From Wielerella bovis (GTDB lineage: Bacteria > Pseudomonadota > Gammaproteobacteria > Burkholderiales > Neisseriaceae), in the NCBI RefSeq assembly GCF_022354465.1, contig NZ_CP092361.1, forward strand, positions 1,982,522 through 2,014,521: a stretch of DNA of 32,000 bases, written 5' to 3'. The translations under genes were made by a program, and so were the position numbers. The notes beneath the pieces are model-generated. The model was not told the origin of the DNA. It saw nothing but the letters and a program-made list of their open reading frames with translations, and searched no databases. Shown in pieces: positions 8,432 through 17,419 of the stretch. Each line of letters begins with the position of its first letter. Within the stretch, counting starts at the first letter, position 1.

Positions 8432-9754
8432 TTACAATTTTTTATATGCGGTTTCTACGCTAAATCTAATTGCAATGAGTGAGATAATAGCTACAAGTAC
8501 CAAATACCAAGCAGGTGCTAAATCGCTGCCAGTATATTTAATCAACAATGTAGCAACCAATGGTGCTGTACCACCCAATAAAGCGTTACCCATATTGAAA
8601 CACAAGGCAAAACCACTAAATCGCAAATGCGTTGGGAAAATCTCGGTCAAGAATCCCGGTAATGTACCATCGTTCATTGCCAACATCACGCCAAATGCCA
8701 ATGTAACGAAAAGCGACATGATGAAATGATTGGTTTCCAACAGCATAAATAATGGCACGGAAAATAGGATAAATGCGATACAAGCCAGTCGCAACATGGT
8801 TTTGCGTCCATACAAATCAGACAAGTGTCCCATCATAAAAATAAAACCGATGTATGCTAATAAGCCTACGCTTGATGCCATGAATGAATGGGTTTCATCC
8901 ATACCTAATACGGTACTTAAATAAGTTGGCATATAGCTTAATGTTGTATAGAACGCTACAGCATTAAGTGCTACCACACCACACGCAATGAGCATTTCTT
9001 TGCGGTATTTAGTAAGTAAGATTTGAATAGGTAATTTGGTATTTTTTTGGTTCTTATCCAGTTTAGCTTCCATTTCGCGGTAAACAGGGCTATCTTCCAA
9101 GTGTAAACGAATATAGCGACCAATTAAGCCAAATGGACCTGCCAATAAAAATGGTAAACGCCAGCCCCATTCATGCAATGCATCATGTTCCATCACAGTG
9201 TGCAATAAAGCTGCAAGTAATGAGCCTAACAATAAGCCAGCAGCGGTACTCGCGGGCACTAAACTGGTATATAAACCACGTTTGCCTTTGGGGGCATATT
9301 CTGCCAAGAAAGCTGATGCACCTGCATATTCACCCGATGCAGAAAAACCCTGCACCATACGAACGAGTAATAACAAAATAGGTGCAGCGATACCAATTGA
9401 TGCGTAAGATGGAATAAGTGCGATACAGAAAGTGGAAATGGACATAATCATAATTGACCACGCGAGTGCTTCGCGCCGACCATAACGGTCACCCCAATGT
9501 CCCCAAACGATGCCACCAAATGGACGAATAATGAATGAAATAGCAAAAACAGCAAAAGTAGCAATCAAGCCTGTTTGCGGGTCTTCCGATGGAAAGAATA
9601 CTTTACTGATAATAGCTGCAAGATAACCATAAGCAGCATAGTCAAACCATTCCACAAAATTACCGATGAAGCTGGAAGTTGCTGCTTTACGAAGTGCTTG
9701 ACTTTCCTGTTCCGTGAGCTCCGGTACAGAATTATTTGTGTGTGTTGCTGACAT
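8432..9754 (-). CDS. MFS transporter, metabolite:H+ symporter (MHS; ProP/KgtP-like) family
   Basis: About 440 aa with 12 predicted TM segments. MHS signature GG.VWGHWGDRYGRR. I place the start at the ATG at 9754 (MSATH...), which has a GGAG RBS, rather than at the TTG used by the ORF track at 9766. Confidence 0.8.
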   Translation of the reverse strand: MSATHTNNSVPELTEQESQALRKAATSSFIGNFVEWFDYAAYGYLAAIISKVFFPSEDPQTGLIATFAVFAISFIIRPFGGIVWGHWGDRYGRREALAWSIMIMSISTFCIALIPSYASIGIAAPILLLLVRMVQGFSASGEYAGASAFLAEYAPKGKRGLYTSLVPASTAAGLLLGSLLAALLHTVMEHDALHEWGWRLPFLLAGPFGLIGRYIRLHLEDSPVYREMEAKLDKNQKNTKLPIQILLTKYRKEMLIACGVVALNAVAFYTTLSYMPTYLSTVLGMDETHSFMASSVGLLAYIGFIFMMGHLSDLYGRKTMLRLACIAFILFSVPLFMLLETNHFIMSLFVTLAFGVMLAMNDGTLPGFLTEIFPTHLRFSGFALCFNMGNALLGGTAPLVATLLIKYTGSDLAPAWYLVLVAIISLIAIRFSVETAYKKL

Positions 9755-10199
9755 AATAATCTCCAATCATGTTTTAAAGAAGACAGTTTCAAGTATAGAC
9801 TGATTAAAATATTTTTCTAGTCTTATTGTTCTAAATATTTCGTTTTTTTAGAATTTTGTTGCAAATTTGCGAAAGTTAAATAGAATTTCAATATATTTTC
9901 AAGGAAATGACATTCAGTATTATCTATAAAAATTAAGGGTAATTCTGATGGCAACTCTTTAATTTTACCAATTTGGAGTTATGATGGCTTTTAAAATTTG
10001 CGTAATCAGGGCAATACTAAAATCACAATAAAAACTATTATTTAATCAATATAGATATCAAAAATTGATTAATTTTTGCATAAAATAAAACAGTAAGTCA
10101 TTTTTATTTTTTCAGGCTGCCTATTCCTAACAACGCAACTTGAAAAAACATGACTACTTGCTGCTCTAATAAATACATCAAAATTTATTACAAATTATT

Positions 10200-10234
10200 G
10201 AAAGGTGGCTGAACAGATTCTCACACCACCTTTC
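10200..10234 (-). terminator. Hairpin 3' of the DMT transporter gene
   Basis: GAAAGGTGG / CCACCTTTC 9-bp stem, located 30 to 60 bp past the minus-strand stop. Confidence 0.45.
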
Positions 10235-10262
10235 AAATTATCATCAATTTTGAAACAAATTT

Positions 10263-11240
10263 TCAAGCTGCCGTTGCTGTTGGTGTATTATCATCAACTT
10301 CTTTATTTTGTTTACGAGAAAATAGACTAGCAATCACTTCGCTCATACCACCAACAATAATCAATGCACCACCGATAATTTGCGCCATACTCAATGGTTC
10401 GCCAAAAATCATCAAACCTACAAATACTGGTGCTACCACGCATTCCCAGTAAGATACGCAGGCAAATTCAGATGCTTTCAAATGGCGTGTTGCGATGGAA
10501 CAAGTACCTAATGCACCAAAACCACATACAAAACCGATTGCAACCCACCAAATCCAGTCAGAAGTACCCATATTAGCAATAGTTGGCTGAGTAATTGGGA
10601 ACAATGCCAAAATACCGATTAATGCAAACAAAAAATTCCAAAATGCTCGCGTGTCCCCTGGTACTTCTGTACGGAAACGGTTGAAGAACAAGAACAAACC
10701 GTAACCTACACCTGAATACAATGCTAACATATCGCCTTTGAAGGTTTCTTGTTTGAATTCGAAGCCCATTTTCAGGCTGCCTCCTTCAAAACTAACCAAA
10801 CCAACAATCAGCAACATACCAACAAATACACCGACCATTGAAGCCCATGTTGTTGCCCTCATTTTTTCTTTCAAGAAAATTACGGCAAGTAAAGTGGAAA
10901 TAATAGGGCCAACATAAATAAAGAACACTGCATTGGCAATAGATGTCAATTTAGTTGCCATCACATAAGCTGATAAACAGTTACCCATGAAAAAACCACT
11001 TAAAATCATTGGGAAAGACAGTTTAAATTCTTTTAAGGTATGCAACCTACCGTTGTACGCTAAAATAGCTAAAAATGCGAGTGTACCGCATAACATACGC
11101 GAAGAAGCGATAAAGTCGCCTTGCGCATTAATATTACGAGCAAAAAAGCCTACGAACCCCATCAAAGTGGCTGCAATAAATGCATTAATAAAGCCAACTT
11201 TTTTGTTGATGGGAGTGCTACTATTAGTTGAAGTACTCAT
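10263..11240 (-). CDS. EamA/DMT-superfamily transporter (paralog 1)
   Basis: About 325 aa with 10 hydrophobic segments in a 5+5 arrangement. Clearly paralogous to 12336..13274. Start placed at the ATG at 11240 (MSTSTNSS...), which has a GGAG RBS. Confidence 0.78.
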   Translation of the reverse strand: MSTSTNSSTPINKKVGFINAFIAATLMGFVGFFARNINAQGDFIASSRMLCGTLAFLAILAYNGRLHTLKEFKLSFPMILSGFFMGNCLSAYVMATKLTSIANAVFFIYVGPIISTLLAVIFLKEKMRATTWASMVGVFVGMLLIVGLVSFEGGSLKMGFEFKQETFKGDMLALYSGVGYGLFLFFNRFRTEVPGDTRAFWNFLFALIGILALFPITQPTIANMGTSDWIWWVAIGFVCGFGALGTCSIATRHLKASEFACVSYWECVVAPVFVGLMIFGEPLSMAQIIGGALIIVGGMSEVIASLFSRKQNKEVDDNTPTATAA

Positions 11241-11509
11241 AGTATATATCTCCAAGTTTTCTAAATTCTCCAAAAAATTCTATTCATTTGCTAAATTATT
11301 AATAATCGATACAGCCTCCTCTCCAGCATCAAAGCTTTGATATTTTTTTATAATGACTCATGATAATAATGCAGGATACATTTCAATACATACTCCAATC
11401 AAAATTTAATTTCATCAGATAACTACGCATTTCATGTATCCTGCAACAATCACTCAATTAAGATTACATACAAATTTATTTTTATATGTAAAACTTTCAA
11501 TGATAAATT

Positions 11510-12280
11510 TTAAGCAAACTCTGTTTGAATTGCTTTAACCATTTCACTCACTGCAACCTCAGTCAAAATACGACCTTTTTCTGCAGATGATGGTTTGGCG
11601 GAAGACAGGCAGCCTGAATGAGGTGTTCTTTCTGGAATTTCTGGCAACACATCATAATTAGTCAGTTGTGCTGGTGGATGATCCATCACTCTATCCATAT
11701 GTACCAAATCAGGGAAATGTTCTAACATTAATGAAGTTTCCAAAACCCCACCATGCTCAATATCCCAACCAGGGAAACCATCAGGATACAATCTTTCCAA
11801 AGCTTCAGGGGTAACAAAATCCCAATAAGATAAAATCAAAACTTTAGGTAGTTTATCTGAAATAGCACGAATATCTCTCAATGCCAATTCAACACCTTCG
11901 TACACGAATTGATAGTTTTCATAGTGTCCATTTACAAACACCATTTTTTTCAGTCCATGACGGAATAACTCATTTACTAAAGTTCTAGCCGATTCAATGA
12001 CATGGGCTGCACTAAATCCAAATGTTCCGACTATGTGTGTTCCACCTCCTGAACGAGGTTGAGATTTATAACCAAAGGCAATTGTTGGCGCAACCAATCC
12101 ATCAATTTTTTCAGCTACTAATTCAGCCATTTTGGTAGATAAAATAGTATCTACACCCAAAGGCATATGCGGACCATGTTGCTCAACAGCACCTACTGGT
12201 ACAAGCATTACTGTTTCAGCATTAGAAATTTTTTCACGATAACTAAATGCGTCAATTCGCATAATATTTACTTCTGCCAT
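11510..12280 (-). CDS. Creatininase-family amidohydrolase, very close at motif level to true creatinine amidohydrolase
   Basis: 256 aa. Metal-ligand motifs VEQHGPHMPLGVD and NGHYEN, plus DIEHGG. Long stretches (YGYKSQ..SGGG.H..GT, LSYWDFV, LYPDGFPGWDIEHGGV.ETSLML, DRV.DHPPA, LSSAK) match what I recall of Pseudomonas putida creatininase. RBS GAGG. Confidence 0.82.
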   Translation of the reverse strand: MAEVNIMRIDAFSYREKISNAETVMLVPVGAVEQHGPHMPLGVDTILSTKMAELVAEKIDGLVAPTIAFGYKSQPRSGGGTHIVGTFGFSAAHVIESARTLVNELFRHGLKKMVFVNGHYENYQFVYEGVELALRDIRAISDKLPKVLILSYWDFVTPEALERLYPDGFPGWDIEHGGVLETSLMLEHFPDLVHMDRVMDHPPAQLTNYDVLPEIPERTPHSGCLSSAKPSSAEKGRILTEVAVSEMVKAIQTEFA

Positions 12281-12335
12281 GATGCACCTCTTACTAATGA
12301 TGTATGTTAATAATAATTATTTAGAAATAATTCAA

Positions 12336-13274
12336 TTATTTATTTTCTAACGATTCAGATTGTTTAGGTTTTTTCATTGCAAAGAAGATTTGAGAAACAC
12401 CGCCCAAAATAATCAAAGCACCACCTAACATTTGCATTCCTGTAATAGGTTCAGCAAACAACGCAATCCCCAATAATGTTGCCATAATTGTTTCTTGGTA
12501 TGAAATAGTTGCCAATTCGCTTGCCAGTAAGATTTTAGAAGCTACTGTTAAGAAAAAGAAAGCACCAAAACCAGTTACTGTCGCAGCAATAATCAAAACT
12601 ATCCAACCACGACTAGTCATTTGGGACAAATCAGGTTGCATAAAGAGCAAAATAATACCAATAGTACAAATAGCAAATAAGAAGTTAAAGAAAGAACGAA
12701 CATCTGAATCAACATCGCCACGATAACGGCTAAAGAACAAGAACAAGCCATAAGCAACGCCAGAACCCAAAGCAATTAAATTACCTTTCATATACTTAGG
12801 ATCTAGACTTAAACTCATTTCAATACCATTTTCACCGTTGCTAATAATACCAATGATTAATAAACAACCTATGAATACAGCTACTAATGATGCTGCAGTC
12901 AATTTAGTAAATGGTTCTTTTAAAAAGATTGTGGCTAGTAATGTTGAATAAATCGGCCCTGTGTAAATTAAAAATGCCGCATTAGATAATGTCGTCAACT
13001 GAGTTGACCAAACATATAGACCAGAAAGCAAGCCTAAAAATATACCGCTTAAAAAGATTGTAGGGGAAAACTTAATTTGTTTGACTTTATATAATTTGCC
13101 AGCAACGGCAAAAATTAAAATCATTCCAATAAAACCAACAAAACTACGAGTAAAAGAAATAAACATACCTGGTGCTTCAATATACCTGGCGAATGCACCG
13201 ATACCACCCATCAAACTTGAAGACAAAAACATGAAACCAAAGCCTTTAAGTTTTTCGCGACTTGTCGTATCCAT
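12336..13274 (-). CDS. EamA/DMT-superfamily transporter (paralog 2)
   Basis: About 312 aa with a 10-TM pattern. Start placed at the ATG at 13274 (MDTTSREK...), which has an AGGAG RBS. Confidence 0.78.
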   Translation of the reverse strand: MDTTSREKLKGFGFMFLSSSLMGGIGAFARYIEAPGMFISFTRSFVGFIGMILIFAVAGKLYKVKQIKFSPTIFLSGIFLGLLSGLYVWSTQLTTLSNAAFLIYTGPIYSTLLATIFLKEPFTKLTAASLVAVFIGCLLIIGIISNGENGIEMSLSLDPKYMKGNLIALGSGVAYGLFLFFSRYRGDVDSDVRSFFNFLFAICTIGIILLFMQPDLSQMTSRGWIVLIIAATVTGFGAFFFLTVASKILLASELATISYQETIMATLLGIALFAEPITGMQMLGGALIILGGVSQIFFAMKKPKQSESLENK

Positions 13275-13361
13275 CTTAAGACTCCTAAATTTTAAGTTAA
13301 AATAAGTCATGAACAGCTAAACCCATCCATGACTTATCTCTAGCTATTACAATTTAAACAA

Positions 13362-14492
13362 TTAAACTAAAGTAGCATCGTTGAAATTGCGATTTGGGAA
13401 GTAATCTTCACAACCACCTTCACGATATACGTCAGCAGTAGCGCAGTGTAATGCACCACCGAATGGGTAAGCATCGCGGAATGGAACTGGGATTACGTTC
13501 ATGCCCAATTTGTCCATTTGTTCCATTTGGTTCACTTCTGAAGCTTCGCAAATCACAGTTTTGTGATCCAATACCAAGCAGTTCATAGACAACCATACTG
13601 AGCTGTAGCACAGTGGAGGAGGTTCTTTGTGAGCAGGCATAGCTGCATCAACAATTTCCCAACCGTTTTTCTCGAAGATTGCACGTTGTTCTTGTGGCAA
13701 ACGACGAGTTGGGTTGTTAATAATCAAACCTGGACGCAGAGGAACAAATGTTGCGTCAATGTGGATTGGATATGGGTCACCTGGGAAGTTAACTGCGTGA
13801 ACAGTCAAGTTTGGATAGTAGCGTTTGAACCATTCCATTGCAGTGCGGTTAGTAGTCAAACCATGTTGAATGAACAAGTCTTTACCTACACGCATAATGT
13901 CTGCAGCGTCCCACATTGGTTCGTGTTCAGTTGTCACGAAGTCTTTGTTTGCTGTACGAACCAAACGTTCTTCCAATGAAATTTTTTCATCGTAGTAGTT
14001 GTGTTTGTATGATTTGTCAGTCAAACGTGGACGAGGAGCTTGAGTCCATTTGAATTCTGGGTCTTCGTCAAAATATTTTTTCATCAGAGGCCAGAAAGCC
14101 AGATATTCAAAGTAACGGCAACGGAATGAGTTAGCAGAAGCCATAATTTCATTACCGATTGTCAACAGAATATCACGAGGAGGCATACAAGTCATCATAG
14201 ATTGAGTACGGAAATCTGGAGTGATGACTGGTTGGTTCCATTGCAATGGAGTTGGGCGGTCAACTTTAACGCCACGATCTTCCAATACTTTAGCCAAATA
14301 GTTCAGTTGAGCATTTGCTTTTTCAACTGTTTCTAATGGGCGAGGACCCCACATGCCGCGCATTTCGCTGTCTACAGGCACTTTTTCAGAAGTAGCTGGT
14401 TCTTCATCAGGGATTACGCTGTGATCTGCCACACCAACGATAATGTGTTTTAGAGGGTCAAAGTCGTTCCAAGAGTTAACGATTTTTGCCAT
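13362..14492 (-). CDS. Amidinotransferase of the L-arginine:glycine amidinotransferase (AGAT/GATM, StrB1, CyrA) family
   Basis: 376 aa. It aligns by eye along its length with vertebrate AGAT (W.DFDPL..IIVG, TPDF, MPRDILL.IGNEI, R.RYFEY, FVTTE.EP.WDAAD, IHIDATF, WLSMN.LVLD, GGALHCAT). The catalytic Asp (WDAAD), His (HIDATF) and Cys (LHCAT) are all present. Strong RBS AAGGAG. Confidence 0.85.
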   Translation of the reverse strand: MAKIVNSWNDFDPLKHIIVGVADHSVIPDEEPATSEKVPVDSEMRGMWGPRPLETVEKANAQLNYLAKVLEDRGVKVDRPTPLQWNQPVITPDFRTQSMMTCMPPRDILLTIGNEIMASANSFRCRYFEYLAFWPLMKKYFDEDPEFKWTQAPRPRLTDKSYKHNYYDEKISLEERLVRTANKDFVTTEHEPMWDAADIMRVGKDLFIQHGLTTNRTAMEWFKRYYPNLTVHAVNFPGDPYPIHIDATFVPLRPGLIINNPTRRLPQEQRAIFEKNGWEIVDAAMPAHKEPPPLCYSSVWLSMNCLVLDHKTVICEASEVNQMEQMDKLGMNVIPVPFRDAYPFGGALHCATADVYREGGCEDYFPNRNFNDATLV

Positions 14493-14519
14493 GATAATTC
14501 TCCTTACAGCACTACATTC

Positions 14520-14655
14520 AAAAGACTAACACTGGTAAACTCACAGGTTAGCAACGGGTTAAAATCTACGAAACGTGATAACTACAATTTTTGTAATCAT
14601 CGAGATTAAACAACATTGCTATCGTTTTTTCTCTCTCGCTCCGTATCTCTTGATG
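14520..14655 (-). promoter_or_regulatory. Structured 5' leader of the amidinotransferase operon, with a terminator-like hairpin plus U-tract just before the RBS
   Basis: On the minus strand there is a long-range helix (14645-14655 pairing with 14598-14606) and a small hairpin (14583-14595). A 9-bp stem (GCUAACCUG pairing with CAG-U-GUUAGU, 14525-14552) is followed by CUUUU and then AAGGAG-N8-AUG. Confidence 0.3.
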
Positions 14656-15400
14656 CGCATTTTAACGACTTGCCGTTTTTTTAAAAGTCAAAAAAGAATA
14701 AGATTTATGTCAAAAAAATACGAAGCCCTACAATTCAATCAAAAATCAAATTAACCATTTGTTTATATGTAAAAATATTTTTCAATCAAGCAGCCTGAAA
14801 AATATTTTTCAAGATATTTTTTATACTATTTGTAGCATTTTGATAGTTGTATTTTGATGCTTTTCAGGCTGCCTTTTATTGGCAACCAATGTTTCCAAAA
14901 TATTTCCGTTATTCAAGACACAATTTTATGTGGAATTTAGCTTACTATCTACTAAAAATCACATTTCGCCATGGTTAAATGATGAATATTACATTCTTCA
15001 AATAGATGACCTAAAAATGCAAATCCCGAATATTTCATCTCCATTATCTATTTTAATATTTCAGACCACACACTCCAATAAAGATAATGATCAATTTATA
15101 CAAAATCTTATTTAATAATAAAAAATTGAATGACAGTATCCGCCTACACCTATTTCAGAGACTTTAATTAAAAGATACCTAAAATGATGGATATTAAACT
15201 CCTCAAATAAGCAGCCTGAAAACACACAATACCCAAATATTTTTCACAATTTTTGTTTCAAATACTTCAAGCCAAACTTTTGCAAAACTCAAAATAACAG
15301 GTCGGATACAAGTATCCGATAGTTGTTACAAGTTTTCAGGCAGCCTGAAAGACTTTTTGCGATACAATACGCCCCCTAAATTTTCAACATTACATAATTT

Positions 15401-17389
15401 ATGGCTCAATTTAATCAGTATTCAGAAGAAAGCATTAAAGTTCTCAAAGGTTTAGAACCCGTCAAAGAACGCCCTGGCATGTACACCCGCACCGACAGCC
15501 CCACCCACATCTGCCAAGAAGTCATCGACAACGCCGCAGACGAAGCCTTGGGCGGCTACGCCACACAAATTGATGTGATTTTGCACGAAGACGGCTCGCT
15601 GACCGTGCGCGACAACGGACGCGGCATCCCCACAGGCTTACACCCGATTGAGCAAATTCCCGTTGTAGAACTGGTATTTACCCAACTCCACGCAGGCGGC
15701 AAATTCAACAAAAAAGACGGCAATGGCGCATACGCCTTTTCAGGGGGCTTGCATGGCGTGGGCGTGTCCGTAACCAACGCCCTGTCCACGCGCTTGGAAG
15801 TAACCGTGAAACGCGAAGGCAAAATCTCACGCATCGTGTTCGCGCATGGCGAAGTAATTGAAAACCTACACGAAATCGGCAAATGCAGCCTGAAAGACAC
15901 AGGCACCGAAGTCCGCGTGTACCCCGACCCCAAATACTTTGAACAGCCCAACTACAATTTAGCCGAATTAGAACGCCTGCTCCGTGCCAAAGCCGTGTTA
16001 TTGCAAGGCGTGAGCGTGTCGCTAACGCGCCACATAAAAGGGCAACCTGAAAATACCGCCCACACCCAAACATGGCATTATCCGCAAGGTTTACGCAGCT
16101 ATCTCGCTGATTTATTGGCAAACGCGCAAGAAGCCGTTCCCATTTTCGCTGCCGAAAACTACATTTCAGGCAGCCACGAAGATTTCCGCGAAGGCGAAGG
16201 CGCAGCATTCGCGCTCACATGGCTGGAAGACGGAAATTGCGCCAACGAAAGCTATGTCAATCTCATTCCCACGCCATTGGGCGGCACGCACGAAGCAGGT
16301 TTGAAGCAAGCCGCTTTCCATGCCGTGAACAATTTTATCAATCATCACAATCTCTTACCGCGTGGCGTGAAATTGCAAAGCGATGACGTGTTCAACCGCG
16401 TGGCATTTGTGCTGTCCGCGCGCGTGCTTGACCCACAATTTCAAGGGCAAACCAAAGACAAATTGACCAACCGCGACGCGCTCAAATTGGTGGCGACTTT
16501 GTGCGCTGACCCATTGGAATTGTGGCTCAATCAAAACGTGGAAATGGGCAAGAAAATCGCGGACTTGGCGATTAAACAAGCCCAAGCGCGTATGCGTTCC
16601 GTGAAAAAAATTGAGAAGAAAAAAGGCTCGGGCGTAGCCGTTTTACCTGGCAAATTAACGGATTGTGAAAGCGAAGACGTGCGCGAAAACGAGTTGTTTT
16701 TGGTGGAAGGCGACAGCGCGGGCGGTTCAGCCAAATTGGCGCGAGATAAACGTTTTCAGGCAGTCTTACCTTTGCGCGGTAAAGTGTTGAATAGTTTTGA
16801 AATTCACAGAGACCAATTATTTGGCAATGCCGAAATCCACGACATTTCCGTGGCGATTGGCGTTGACCCACATGGCGCAAATGACGATGTGGATTTGAGC
16901 GGTTTGCGTTACGGCAAAATCGCCATTTTGTCGGACGCGGACGTGGATGGCTCGCACATTCAAGTTTTACTTTTGACGCTTTTTTACCGCCATTTCCCGA
17001 AATTGGTGGCAAATGGCAACATTTATGTGGCACAACCGCCGCTTTTCCGCGTTGACGTGAACGCGCAAGGCAAAAACAAGCCCGCCCGCAAATTGTACGC
17101 GCTAGACGAAAGCGAATTGAACGCGATTTTGGAACGATTGAGCAGCGAAAAAATTCGCGAAAACGGTTTTTCCATTAGCCGATTCAAAGGCTTGGGCGAA
17201 ATGAACCCCGACCAACTGAAAGACACCACCTTGCACCCCGACACGCGCAGATTATTGCAAGTACAAATCCCCGAACAGGACGCAGCGCACACGGAAACCG
17301 TGTTTCTGAAACTGATGGGCAAAGGCGAAGCCGCAAGCCGCCGCGCGTGGATGGAAGCGGAAGGGGATACGGCAGAAGGGGATATTTGA
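15401..17389 (+). CDS. parE: DNA topoisomerase IV subunit B
   Basis: 662 aa. GHKL ATPase N-terminus (LEPVKERPGMYT, EVIDNAADEA). Toprim motifs EGDSAGG and DADVDGSHI. No GyrB-type insertion, and the length fits ParE. Confidence 0.93.
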   Translation: MAQFNQYSEESIKVLKGLEPVKERPGMYTRTDSPTHICQEVIDNAADEALGGYATQIDVILHEDGSLTVRDNGRGIPTGLHPIEQIPVVELVFTQLHAGGKFNKKDGNGAYAFSGGLHGVGVSVTNALSTRLEVTVKREGKISRIVFAHGEVIENLHEIGKCSLKDTGTEVRVYPDPKYFEQPNYNLAELERLLRAKAVLLQGVSVSLTRHIKGQPENTAHTQTWHYPQGLRSYLADLLANAQEAVPIFAAENYISGSHEDFREGEGAAFALTWLEDGNCANESYVNLIPTPLGGTHEAGLKQAAFHAVNNFINHHNLLPRGVKLQSDDVFNRVAFVLSARVLDPQFQGQTKDKLTNRDALKLVATLCADPLELWLNQNVEMGKKIADLAIKQAQARMRSVKKIEKKKGSGVAVLPGKLTDCESEDVRENELFLVEGDSAGGSAKLARDKRFQAVLPLRGKVLNSFEIHRDQLFGNAEIHDISVAIGVDPHGANDDVDLSGLRYGKIAILSDADVDGSHIQVLLLTLFYRHFPKLVANGNIYVAQPPLFRVDVNAQGKNKPARKLYALDESELNAILERLSSEKIRENGFSISRFKGLGEMNPDQLKDTTLHPDTRRLLQVQIPEQDAAHTETVFLKLMGKGEAASRRAWMEAEGDTAEGDI

Positions 17390-17419
17390 AAATGTGATGT
17401 TTTCAGGCAGCCTGAAACC

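Noticed and set aside
14659-14691. Sigma-70 promoter TTGACT ... TAAAAT on the minus strand upstream of the amidinotransferase
   Set aside because: The spacing between the two hexamers is 21 nt, too long for a canonical promoter. The true promoter is not identified.
14493-14700. Known guanidine riboswitch (ykkC, mini-ykkC, ykkC-III) in the amidinotransferase leader
   Set aside because: I could not find the conserved ACGR tetraloop pairs or the GGGA / ACGGCGGGA-type blocks that I remember for these classes. It is kept only as an unclassified structured leader.
14879-15115. 78-aa ORF in the AT-rich spacer upstream of parE
   Set aside because: It starts with a non-ATG codon in the track, has no RBS, and has the Ile/Asn/Lys/Phe-rich composition expected by chance in AT-rich DNA. 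I treat it as non-coding.
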